Shown: positions 26,315 to 34,812, counted from the stretch's first letter. The stretch: 64,000 nucleotides of DNA from Candidatus Yonathbacteria bacterium RIFCSPHIGHO2_02_FULL_44_14 (GCA_001823535.1 MHUT01000012.1:355-64354); one strand, 5' to 3'. Translations and numbers: made by a program. The notes: generated by a model not told the origin, from the letters alone.

Positions 26315-27379
26315 TTACATATCAGATACTTCATCTAAAAACTTCCTAATTGCTTTTGCAATCGGCTTTATTCCAGCAGGTGGCACAGAATTACCAATCT
26401 GCCTTCTAACCTCAGTTATCGATCCAACGAACTCAAAATCATCTGGATAGCCAAATAGACGGGCACGTTCTCGATTAGTGAGAGGCCGGTTTTCTTTCCA
26501 ATGGTACCCCCATGTACCCCCACCACCACCAGCAATAATAGTAGTCGAGGGCTTATCTGGATGCAAGCGACGGTATACATGGGAGATCATCCCCTTCACA
26601 TAGTGCGGTGAGGTTTTAGGGATATCGGTGAAGTTTCCACCTGGCGGAATCAGTCTCAATTTTGCGACCGTGCTTGGATTAATGTTTTGGTGCTCGTTAT
26701 TGAAAAATACTTTTTCAGCATCCTTCAGAGCTTCTTTTGCCGTAACATACTTATCTGGTGTATGAGTGGGAAATGGTAGCTTAAATTCTTTATTAAGATC
26801 GTTACGGACACCAATGATTAACACACGCCGGCGAAGCTGGGGAGCGCCGTAGTCTGCAAAGTTTATAGGATAAACATTCACTTTATAGCCTGCCTTTCCA
26901 AAATCGTCCACTATCTGAGTGACTGCGTTGCCTTTGTTTGCGCTTAAAAGTCCTCTAACATTTTCGGCAACAAACATTTTCGGCTGCTTCGCCAAAACAA
27001 CACGAACGAATTGCCTATACAGGTTCCCACGATCAGTTTTAAGACCCATACGCTTCCAGATCATGCTGAAATCCTGACATGGAAACCCGCCGAGAACAAT
27101 GTCACATTCTGGAATATCTTCATTTTTAACAGCGGTTATACTCCCTTCCATTATATGGTCGCCAAAATTTTTCTTGAAAGTTTCGCAGGCCCAGTGGTTC
27201 ACATCATTTGCCCACAAGATATCAAATCCTGCATCTTTGAAACCGAGGTCCATTCCACCGGACCCAGAAAAAAGAGAGGCCACGCGGTGTACTTTTTTCT
27301 CTATAACGGACTTGCCCGAGCGGGCAACCTGTGGCTTCGCTGAACGGTTATTTTGTTTTTGTGGAGTTGTTGTTCTCAT
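26315..27379 (-). CDS. DNA (cytosine-5)-methyltransferase
   Basis: Motif I LFSGSGGMDLGF, motif IV GGFPCQDFS, motif VI ENV and a C-terminal target-recognition/RxR region. Confidence 0.9.
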   Translation of the reverse strand: MRTTTPQKQNNRSAKPQVARSGKSVIEKKVHRVASLFSGSGGMDLGFKDAGFDILWANDVNHWACETFKKNFGDHIMEGSITAVKNEDIPECDIVLGGFPCQDFSMIWKRMGLKTDRGNLYRQFVRVVLAKQPKMFVAENVRGLLSANKGNAVTQIVDDFGKAGYKVNVYPINFADYGAPQLRRRVLIIGVRNDLNKEFKLPFPTHTPDKYVTAKEALKDAEKVFFNNEHQNINPSTVAKLRLIPPGGNFTDIPKTSPHYVKGMISHVYRRLHPDKPSTTIIAGGGGGTWGYHWKENRPLTNRERARLFGYPDDFEFVGSITEVRRQIGNSVPPAGIKPIAKAIRKFLDEVSDM

Positions 27380-27496
27380 GTGGTCATTATACCTTAATGC
27401 GTTAAAAAAAGCCGCTACTTTTTGCTGTAAAAATTATTGAGCCACGATTTGGGAAAAATTGTCCACGGTCACATCCTCCAAACTGGATATTTCACT

Positions 27497-28045
27497 TTAA
27501 AGTTTCCATTCAATGAACGCGAAGTTCTCTGTCGTGAGGCCATAATCAAGAGACTTCTCGAGCCACTGTATTTGGGTCTCCCGAATATTGTCTTTCTTTT
27601 GACGCTTGAGTTCAATGAACAACATCATATCTCCTTTCCACACGAACACATCCCAACAACCACCAGACCGACCAGTCTTGGCACGGATGGAGTCAATTAA
27701 TTCTTTTTGTTTTTGTGGAATCTCTATGGGGTCAACAACATCAGGAAGACCGACTCTGTAATTTCTTCTGTACGAATCAACCCATACGCCATTCCATCCA
27801 TGTGATTGAAGCAAACGCAAAACGGCGAGCTCTGCAAATACAGGCTCGCCGTTCCAATCGACAACTGGTTTGTTGTTATATGTGTTAGGTATCGATGCTC
27901 CTTTCCATGGAGTGAGTGTAAGAAAATATTTCTGCATGGAAATTTGCTCACCCGAAGGAAGCGAGAATATTTCGCCATCAACTTTGTATGGTTGTAAAAA
28001 CTCAAGATTACCTTCTTGAGAAGTATGAGTATGGTCGTCGTCCAT
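27497..28045 (-). CDS. VRR-NUC domain nuclease (PD-(D/E)xK)
   Basis: GGCWDVFVWKGDMMLFIELKRQKKDNIRETQIQWLEK (D...ExK plus the QxxW tail typical of VRR-NUC). Start set at the MDDDHTH ATG (28045) because the track's upstream extension lies in an inverted-repeat region. Confidence 0.65.
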   Translation of the reverse strand: MDDDHTHTSQEGNLEFLQPYKVDGEIFSLPSGEQISMQKYFLTLTPWKGASIPNTYNNKPVVDWNGEPVFAELAVLRLLQSHGWNGVWVDSYRRNYRVGLPDVVDPIEIPQKQKELIDSIRAKTGRSGGCWDVFVWKGDMMLFIELKRQKKDNIRETQIQWLEKSLDYGLTTENFAFIEWKL

Positions 28046-28786
28046 ATTTGTTCGTCGCGATTTTGTTATACCTAATTTGGGGTACAAAAAGCCCGCTACC
28101 AGGAAGGCACCTTGCGGTAACCTCTACCAGAGTTTCCCCTGGTAACGCGACGAACGCCCTGATAACGGGTTCTTTATGTTCGTCGCGATTTGCAGCCATA
28201 CCCTAAAGATTTTTGAAACCCTTTAGGGGTTAGGCCGACTTCTATGAAGTTGTAAGTGCATTGTAGCAGAAAATCTGCTACTCCTCCATTTAAGCTTAGT
28301 TCTGAAGATTTGTGTAGCTCAGTTGTCTACACCTGTGGATAACTCAATTTACACTGTCCCGCGAAAAACCGTGATGGAATTTGAGTATTTTTCAGCTCAT
28401 CTCTATCTATTTACACTACTGACATCCTTGACAGAAAAAATCAAAAAAGTGGCTAAAAATCTATTGCAATTTTTATAAATCAATGAAACAATATGTATGT
28501 TAGCTCATTTCATATTTATAAATACCTGTCGCTTACGCGACAAACGCTCCTATCTTCAGAGGTGAATGCCAAGGCAGACTGAAGCGAGGGTCGTTGATAG
28601 GATTTACATATAACAACTGATCGGTACTGGGGTCACAAGCCAGAAAGGTGTCCGATGAAGAACTGTAAATCGAGTAAATAACAAACGGAAGTTTGTCGTT
28701 TATTTGATTTACAGTTTTTTGTATATCAATAAACGTCAGACATCCATTTGAGATGTGCTGACGTTTATTCGTTATTAACAAAAAAT
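28046..28786. promoter_or_regulatory. 740-bp noncoding region: candidate origin / operator region of the island
   Basis: Three copies of GTTCGTCGCG in alternating orientation (28052, 28146, 28178). AT-rich stretch with two TTTATAAAT motifs (28468-28528). Multiple nested inverted repeats (28660-28716; 28728-28769, ending 18 nt before the ParB-MTase ATG). Confidence 0.45.
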
Positions 28787-30109
28787 ATGGATATTAAAAT
28801 CACGTATGTGCCTATTGGTTCTTTGAATCCAAGCACATACAATCCACGCAAGTGGAACGAGGCGCAAACTAATGCACTCAAAGAATCGATTACAAAGTTT
28901 GGAATAGTTGACCCCGTCATTTGCAACTCTGCATCTGAACGAATGAACACGGTGATTGGCGGACACTTTCGATTGAAGGTTGCTAAAGACCTCGGACATA
29001 CTGAGATGCCAGTGGTCTATGTAAATATTCCTGATATCGAGAAAGAAAAAGAACTAAATGTGCGATTGAATAAGAACCTCGGTGAGTTTGACTTCGAGCT
29101 TCTGAAAGATTTCGGTGAAGCGTTCCTCGGCGAAATGGGTTTTAGCACTGAAGAGCTTGATAATATATTTGCGATTGACCCAACCCCAGAAGTATTCGAC
29201 TTGGAAAAGGAGCTGGAGAAGCTCAACATTCACGAAATTAAAGTAGAGAAGGGTGACATATACGAAATTGATGGATCACGGCTCATGTGTGGTGACAGCA
29301 CTATTGAATCCGACATGCTGAAACTGATGGAAGGAGCACAGGTGGATATGGTATGCACTGATCCCCCCTATATTTTGGACTACCTCAAAGGGAAAACAAA
29401 ACAAAAGGACGGAGTGACTGAAGGGTTCGGACTGAAGAAGAATCGTAAGTATCTTGAGACAGATGTGCTGCCATACAACTTCACAGAACTCTGGATGGCA
29501 AGCGTGGCAAAGGTGCAGAAGCCAGACTTCTCTATCATGATATTTGAGCATCCAAAGAATCTCCGCACTATCTGGAATGAATTGGAGAAACACTGGAAAT
29601 ACCGCAACACCATTACATGGCATGTTCCCAATCGTGTGCAGGGATTTGCGGCTAAGTACAAATTCTTTAACAAGAGTGATATCGCTCTGGTTGGCACTGA
29701 TGGAGAGATAGCTCTTAATCTTGAGACAGAGAGTGACGAGCTTTTTCAGAATGAATACGAGAATGCAATCTTTGCAACTTCTGGGAAACCTCATTTCGAG
29801 TCATATGAGAAAGGCAAGAAGATTTGTCCAACTGATTTCATTGACCATATTGCGGCCGACGAAAAATCTTCGGGGCAAGGAATTATCTTTGGCACAAAGC
29901 CGTTAGAATTATTGATCCCCTACATCAAGGTACTGACCAAACGTGGTGACTTGGTGCTTGAGCCATTCGGTGGATCAGGAAGTACACTCATTGCTTCGCT
30001 GAAGCTTGGGCGTAATTGTCGCATCATGGAAAAGTCCCCCGTGTATACGGAAGTGATAAAGGGTCGTTGGGAGAAGCACACGGGAAAGAAGGCGAAGAAG
30101 ATTAACTAA
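28787..30109 (+). CDS. ParB/Srx-like nuclease domain fused to a beta-class N6-adenine/N4-cytosine DNA methyltransferase
   Basis: N-terminal ParBc-like region (YVPIGSLNPSTYNPRKW...GGHFR). Motif IV DPPY (MVCTDPPYIL) precedes motif I (LEPFGGSGSTLIAS), which is the beta-class order. ATG at 28787 is chosen. Confidence 0.85.
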   Translation: MDIKITYVPIGSLNPSTYNPRKWNEAQTNALKESITKFGIVDPVICNSASERMNTVIGGHFRLKVAKDLGHTEMPVVYVNIPDIEKEKELNVRLNKNLGEFDFELLKDFGEAFLGEMGFSTEELDNIFAIDPTPEVFDLEKELEKLNIHEIKVEKGDIYEIDGSRLMCGDSTIESDMLKLMEGAQVDMVCTDPPYILDYLKGKTKQKDGVTEGFGLKKNRKYLETDVLPYNFTELWMASVAKVQKPDFSIMIFEHPKNLRTIWNELEKHWKYRNTITWHVPNRVQGFAAKYKFFNKSDIALVGTDGEIALNLETESDELFQNEYENAIFATSGKPHFESYEKGKKICPTDFIDHIAADEKSSGQGIIFGTKPLELLIPYIKVLTKRGDLVLEPFGGSGSTLIASLKLGRNCRIMEKSPVYTEVIKGRWEKHTGKKAKKIN

Positions 30110-30117
30110 CCACTTCT

Positions 30118-30804
30118 ATGCCTTCTCCTAAAACAAAGAACAAAACGGAGAAGCGATTGGAAACATTAGCGGTAAAGACAAGGGCGCAGAAGCAGGCGTT
30201 CCTCGAACAGCTCCCAAAGTATCCGATAGTACAGGTCGCCTGTGAGAAATCAGGTGTCGGTCGTTCGACGTACTATGCGTGGCGAAAGGATGATAAAGAA
30301 TTCGCGAAGGAAGCCGACAAAGCCATTAGTAGTGGTGAGCTCTTCATCAACGATATGGCAGAGTCGCGCCTCATTCAGAATATTCAGAACGGTAACAACA
30401 CCGCCATTATCTTTTGGCTGAAGAATCATCACGGTGGATACAATGACCGTATCGTGCATGAGCATGAACACTCACTTGAGCTTGTGGATGAGGATCGCAA
30501 GGCTATCGTAAAAGCCCTGATGAACATCGGTCTTGGAAATGTTCTCGTGAATAACGGCATAGACCCAGAGCAGTGGCACGAAAAACAGCGACTTGAAAAA
30601 GAGGAGCACATGAGGCGGGTAAATGGGGTCATTGGGTCTGCACCAGAAAAGGCGGATACTATTTTTAAAATTCCTTCTCGTCCCAGTCCACCAGCAGTTG
30701 AAATGCCAAACACTCCACCAAAAAAGCGACCAGTGAAAAAAGGGATAAACCTTAAAGAGTACTTCAGTGATGTAGCGGTTAAGAAGTGCCTTGGGAGTAA
30801 ATAG
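30118..30804 (+). CDS. HTH protein resembling a phage terminase small subunit
   Basis: N-terminal QVACEKSGVGRSTYYAWRKDDKEF HTH typical of TerS/transposase-like helix-turn-helix, followed by a basic proline-rich tail. Confidence 0.55.
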   Translation: MPSPKTKNKTEKRLETLAVKTRAQKQAFLEQLPKYPIVQVACEKSGVGRSTYYAWRKDDKEFAKEADKAISSGELFINDMAESRLIQNIQNGNNTAIIFWLKNHHGGYNDRIVHEHEHSLELVDEDRKAIVKALMNIGLGNVLVNNGIDPEQWHEKQRLEKEEHMRRVNGVIGSAPEKADTIFKIPSRPSPPAVEMPNTPPKKRPVKKGINLKEYFSDVAVKKCLGSK

Positions 30805-30823
30805 TTGTCTACTTCTTGTCTAC

Positions 30824-30851
30824 AACCCCGCCTAGGATACCTAGCGGGGTT
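30824..30851 (+). terminator. hairpin after the HTH gene
   Basis: AACCCCGCCTAGG-ata-CCTAGCGGGGTT. Confidence 0.5.
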
Positions 30852-30899
30852 GTGTCATTCCTTGTGTATATGAGCAAAATTGAAATGCCAGTTGGGGCT

Positions 30900-32189
30900 A
30901 TGGCGAGGGAGATTCAAGCCCCCGTAAGGGTTAAATATTGCCTGTACGCGAGAAAAAGTACAGAAAGTGAAGAACAGCAGGTCTTATCGATTGATAGCCA
31001 AATTAAGGAGATGCTCCAAATGGCAGAAAGGGACCATTTGGAGATTGTGGAAATCAAGAAAGAATCGCACTCGGCAAAGGAGGCTGGGCAACGGCCTGTC
31101 TTTAACGAGATTGTCGAGGAGATTAAAAGCGGTAAATTCAACGGCATCCTCACTTGGGCACCAGATCGCATCTCAAGAAACGCGGGAGACCTAGGGAGAA
31201 TTGTTGACTTGATGGATTCAGGCAGACTTCACGAGATACGCACCTATGGGCAGAAATTTAGCAACAACCCGAACGAGAAATTCTTACTGATGATCCTCGG
31301 ATCACAGGCGAAACTCGAGAACGACAACAAGGTGGTCAATGTAAAGCGTGGGTTACGTGCGCGATGTGAGATGGGTCTGTGGCCGTGTACCGCCCCTACT
31401 GGATACCTAAACAGTACTAATACCGAGAGAAGCTGTCATGTAGAAGTTGATATCGAGAGGGCTCCTATAATAAAGAAAATGTTTGAGAAAATAGCATACG
31501 AAGGATATAGTGGTCGCAAAGTACACTCATGGTTAAAAGACGAGATGAAATTCAAAACAAGAAATGGTAAACCTCTCAACGTAGGTAACATTTCTTTAAT
31601 ACTGAGAAATACTTTCTACTATGGAACCTTCGAATACCCGAAGAAGGGCGGGCAATGGTATCAAGGAAAACATACGCCAATAATAACCAAGGAGCTTTTC
31701 GACAAAGTGCAGGAGAGCCTCGTGGGCTACTCCACAAACAACGCAAGCAAAGAATTCGCCTTCACAAAACTGCTAACCTGCGGACTGTGCGGATCAGGGA
31801 TTACTGCCGATGAGAAATTCAAGAAACAACAAAATGGAACAGTACATCGGTACGTCTACTATGGATGTTGCAGATTTAGAGACAAAAACTGCAAATCAGG
31901 GTACATGCGAGAAGAGGATTTAATAGATCAACTTGCAGAACTCATGGATGAAATTCACCTTAATGAGATAGGGATGAAGGAAAAAATAAAAGAAGAAATC
32001 GAACGACACAAGAAATTCGAATCAGGATTACTTGGTATAAAGAGTACAACGGTAAAAATTGCCGACATCGACATACGAAACTACGCAAAATATATTTTGA
32101 GAGATGGAAAGACCTCAGAAAAACGAGAATTACTAACCTGCCTGAGGAGTAAGGTAACGATGGCGGAGAAACGGATTAAAATTAGTTAA
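30900..32189 (+). CDS. large serine recombinase (integrase/resolvase family)
   Basis: Catalytic YCLYARKSTESEEQ with the Ser nucleophile, a recombinase domain and a C-terminal zinc ribbon CGLCGS...YYGCCRFRDKNC plus coiled coil. ATG at 30900 is chosen; the track's TTG start at 30816 overlaps the upstream hairpin. Confidence 0.85.
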   Translation: MAREIQAPVRVKYCLYARKSTESEEQQVLSIDSQIKEMLQMAERDHLEIVEIKKESHSAKEAGQRPVFNEIVEEIKSGKFNGILTWAPDRISRNAGDLGRIVDLMDSGRLHEIRTYGQKFSNNPNEKFLLMILGSQAKLENDNKVVNVKRGLRARCEMGLWPCTAPTGYLNSTNTERSCHVEVDIERAPIIKKMFEKIAYEGYSGRKVHSWLKDEMKFKTRNGKPLNVGNISLILRNTFYYGTFEYPKKGGQWYQGKHTPIITKELFDKVQESLVGYSTNNASKEFAFTKLLTCGLCGSGITADEKFKKQQNGTVHRYVYYGCCRFRDKNCKSGYMREEDLIDQLAELMDEIHLNEIGMKEKIKEEIERHKKFESGLLGIKSTTVKIADIDIRNYAKYILRDGKTSEKRELLTCLRSKVTMAEKRIKIS

Positions 32190-33283
32190 CTATTAGACCT
32201 ACTTCTGTATGACTCCAAAGATCCAGCGACCTCCTGCTTTTTCAGCGACTTAATTTTTAGAATAATCTCGTTTGAATATCTAGTTAAATCGCCCTCATTA
32301 GATCTCCAACAATACCTAGGGTCTTCTTTGAGTTTAAACTTAAAACATATAGCTTGAAAAGTGTAGGGTGTAAATTTCTCACCATTTAAGGATCCAATTT
32401 TTTGAACTATGTTTTTTTGACGCCATGGGTGTGTAATATTTGGATCTTGTATCTTTGTTATAATTAATGGGCCTCCTGTCGCACCACGTACACCATCAAC
32501 CCCTGCAACGAAATCAGCTTTTTCGATTTTTTTAACTGATTGTACGGAAACATTAAATATTGTCATTAGCCTAGCTGTATCATCTCCAGCCTTTTCAACC
32601 TCCTCCAAGCTTGCAACTAATGTATTCATGAACTGCCTGACTGCTGATCCTTTTGCGGTTGTATTTTTCGATCCTTGAGAAATATACTTTACAGGGTCGA
32701 TTGGTGGTTCAATCCCCAAAGGGATGAGTTGCCACGAAATATCGTGGGCTAAATTCTTTCCAAATATTTCTAGAAGTAAATCTTTAAAGTTAATTATATT
32801 TGTTTGTGCAAGTGAGTAAATTAAAATGCCAAAATTTTTTTCATTGTAAAAATGTACTGCGTTATCTCTGTATGTACTCAGAAGGCTGAGATTGGCACGA
32901 AGTGGTAAAGTTGGTATTTTTTTAGGAAAAAATTTTTCTGCTTTGGTAAAGGCATCTGTCATAGACATTGTTCTGTATGGTTCATTTCTTTTTTTTCGAT
33001 AGTATATCGAACCCCTATTTTTTGAAATAATAGCTTTAAGCAACAACTCCCATGAGTTCAGAAGTAGAATAACAAAAGTCTCCTCTCTATAGAGAAAGCT
33101 TGGTTTATTATATATTTCTATTGACGCAAGCAATGCACTTTTTGCATTCCGAAATAAGTGTCGCGAGGAGCCTTGGTAGTTCATTATTACAATAATACAC
33201 TTATTTACACACGAAAAAAGCACCCAATTATTCCTCTCGGTAAAACCAGAGAGGGCATTGAAAATGCATAGTTTAAATACCAT
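32186..33283 (-). CDS. hypothetical protein, possibly abortive-infection / defence-associated (365 aa)
   Basis: Helical N-terminal domain with RHLFRNAKSALLASIEIYNKP; family not firmly recognised. Convergent with the recombinase, overlapping by 4 bp. Confidence 0.55.
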   Translation of the reverse strand: MVFKLCIFNALSGFTERNNWVLFSCVNKCIIVIMNYQGSSRHLFRNAKSALLASIEIYNKPSFLYREETFVILLLNSWELLLKAIISKNRGSIYYRKKRNEPYRTMSMTDAFTKAEKFFPKKIPTLPLRANLSLLSTYRDNAVHFYNEKNFGILIYSLAQTNIINFKDLLLEIFGKNLAHDISWQLIPLGIEPPIDPVKYISQGSKNTTAKGSAVRQFMNTLVASLEEVEKAGDDTARLMTIFNVSVQSVKKIEKADFVAGVDGVRGATGGPLIITKIQDPNITHPWRQKNIVQKIGSLNGEKFTPYTFQAICFKFKLKEDPRYCWRSNEGDLTRYSNEIILKIKSLKKQEVAGSLESYRSRSNS

Positions 33284-33362
33284 AAGTTCGATGTATTAGC
33301 GGGGTCGTGTTTTTAGCTGTCAAAAAACCTTTATTTTGTAGACCTCGGTCGGTCTCACATGC

Positions 33363-33437
33363 TGGTGCCCTCGGCAAGAATCGAACTTACATCTAATCCT
33401 TAGGACGGATCTGTTCTATCCATTGAACTACGAGGGC
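33363..33437 (-). tRNA. tRNA-Arg (anticodon CCT), CCA encoded
   Basis: Reverse complement GCCCTCGTAGTTCAATGGATAGAACAGATCCGTCCTAAGGATTAGATGTAAGTTCGATTCTTGCCGAGGGCACCA. Confidence 0.85.
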
Positions 33438-33490
33438 AATATGACACTTTAAGCTTATTCCGCTAACCTCTACTGTTGTCTAAACATATA

Positions 33491-33552
33491 TTATGGCCGA
33501 GCCTGCGTCCAAGACGTGAATTTGTTAATTCAGGATCTGCTGATTCGACTAC
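33491..33552 (-). repeat. copy C of the ~60-nt conserved palindromic upstream element, 54 nt upstream of tRNA-Arg
   Basis: TTATGGCCGAGCCTGCGTCCAAGACGTGAATTTGTTAATTCAGGATCTGCTGATTCGACTAC. Confidence 0.6.
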
Positions 33553-33558
33553 GAGAGC

Positions 33559-33604
33559 GTACTGTGTGGGAAAGGCGGCTTAAGCCGCCTTTCCCACACA
33601 GTAC
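33559..33604. terminator. long perfect hairpin terminator (21-bp stem) downstream of the glutaredoxin gene
   Basis: GTACTGTGTGGGAAAGGCGGC-ttaa-GCCGCCTTTCCCACACAGTAC. Confidence 0.7.
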
Positions 33605-33621
33605 AAATTCAATTCTATAAA

Positions 33622-33855
33622 CTACAAACCGAGAAGTCCCGAGAGGCGGGGTTTGTCGAAACCAACTATCATCTCATCGCCTACAAAAATTACCGGTACG
33701 CCCATCTGCCCACTGCGCTCAATCATCTCCTTGCGCTTCTCGAGATCGGTGCCAACATTATACTCGATATAATTCACATTGTTAGTCGCAAAAAACTCTT
33801 TGGCCATTTTGCAATATCCGCAGGTTGGGGTTGTGTAAATTGTTACTTCTTTCAT
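33622..33855 (-). CDS. glutaredoxin / NrdH-like redoxin
   Basis: MKEVTIYTTPTCGYCKMAKEFF (CxxC) ... GVPVIFVGDEMIVGFD. Internal ATG at 33855 is chosen. Confidence 0.8.
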   Translation of the reverse strand: MKEVTIYTTPTCGYCKMAKEFFATNNVNYIEYNVGTDLEKRKEMIERSGQMGVPVIFVGDEMIVGFDKPRLSGLLGL

Positions 33856-33944
33856 AGGGGTAAATATTATAAATTCTATCAATTATGGGATATCCCAAGA
33901 ACTTTTTCAGTTTACCATAATAGGCAAAAGCATACCAGAGCCTG

Positions 33945-34015
33945 TGCGGGTACCGGGAATCGAACCCGGGTCTCAACCTTGGGAAGGTCGCATCCTACCA
34001 CTAAACTATACCCGC
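33945..34015 (-). tRNA. tRNA-Gly (anticodon CCC)
   Basis: Reverse complement GCGGGTATAGTTTAGTGGTAGGATGCGACCTTCCCAAGGTTGAGACCCGGGTTCGATTCCCGGTACCCGCA; CCA is not encoded. Confidence 0.85.
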
Positions 34016-34028
34016 AAATTTTTTGAGA

Positions 34029-34415
34029 CTACTTTTCGAGGAAAAAAGAATTAAAACGTTCCAAGATACTTTTCTTTTCCTCAGCCCCACTATTCTTACC
34101 TTTTTTAGCGCTATCGTCAACCACGACAACGATCTCCTCTCCTGGCAACGCAACAGTATATTTTTGCCGTACCTCTTCCTCAATCCCCTGTTCACTTTTA
34201 AGGCGTTTTAGGCTCTGTTGGAGCGTGTCAGTGCGGGATTCAAGCTGGAGTAGAGAGCGCTCGGCGATATCCCGCTCCGAAACCGCAATTTTAGCTTTTT
34301 CGTGAATATTCCAAGCTCCCCTGCCGACAACAAAAAGGACCACAAAAAGGACCACGAGGGTTATCTTGGAATAGAGGATTTTCCTCATTTTTTTACGTTC
34401 TTGAAATGGGATCAT
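34029..34415 (-). CDS. septum formation initiator family protein (FtsB/DivIC-like)
   Basis: Single TM followed by a coiled coil and LKSEQGIEEEVRQKYTVALPGEEIVVV, the FtsB/DivIC C-terminal motif. Start taken at the internal ATG 34415. Confidence 0.55.
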   Translation of the reverse strand: MIPFQERKKMRKILYSKITLVVLFVVLFVVGRGAWNIHEKAKIAVSERDIAERSLLQLESRTDTLQQSLKRLKSEQGIEEEVRQKYTVALPGEEIVVVVDDSAKKGKNSGAEEKKSILERFNSFFLEK

Positions 34416-34812
34416 TTTTAGGGTTCCAGTTGACAAGCCTACATAAATGCGGGTATCTTCCCGTCGCCGATTAGACTTTATACAGGCTATGATGTAGTAT
34501 ACGAGAATATTAGTTAATTTTACACCCCCGTTATATTCAAGCGAGTGCGCGAACATAAAACTTGCTAGTTTTATGTTCCGAGCGAGCGTAGAATATATAG
34601 TAATCTATATGATGTTCGACAAAAAATACAAGAAATACTGGAATACATTTGGAGTCGTAGTTTCCATCCTTGTCATTGTGAGTATGATACTCCTCTACGC
34701 TGCTCCGTCCCTCTCTCGATAGACAGATTTTAAGGTTTTGTTGCTAAGGGTTTCATAAAAAATGAGGTTTCGTACTTTGTACAGAACCGCATTTTTCTAT
34801 ATCTATATTCGA

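Larger units (their letters stand above)
19662..33362. mobile_element. ~13.7-kb accessory / defence island between tRNA-Phe and tRNA-Arg (degraded integrative element)
   Basis: Bounded by two tRNAs. Contains an Mrr, Z1-like, PLD-REase, C5-MTase and VRR-NUC cluster, a ParB-MTase fusion, a terminase-small-like HTH protein, a large serine recombinase, an Abi-like protein and holin-like small membrane proteins. The nearly identical ~66-bp repeats B and C sit at each tRNA, and the tRNA-Phe 3'-end duplication lies next to it. Confidence 0.5.

Noticed and set aside
28088-28200. Possible tRNA-like or small RNA (CCAGG...CCTGG hairpins) at the left edge of the island's noncoding region
   Set aside because: No cloverleaf could be built by eye. 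The hairpins coincide with the GTTCGTCGCG repeat units and were treated as DNA-level repeats.
30816-30899. Track start (TTG) of the serine recombinase ORF
   Set aside because: The upstream extension overlaps the terminator hairpin of the preceding gene. The internal ATG at 30900 gives a canonical distance to the catalytic YxRxS motif.
32186-33283. One-base discrepancy between the ORF-track end (33283) and the ATG I located by line counting (33280-33282)
   Set aside because: This is probably a counting artefact on my side. Track coordinates were kept for CDS features, so my hand-derived coordinates for small features may be off by 1-2 nt.
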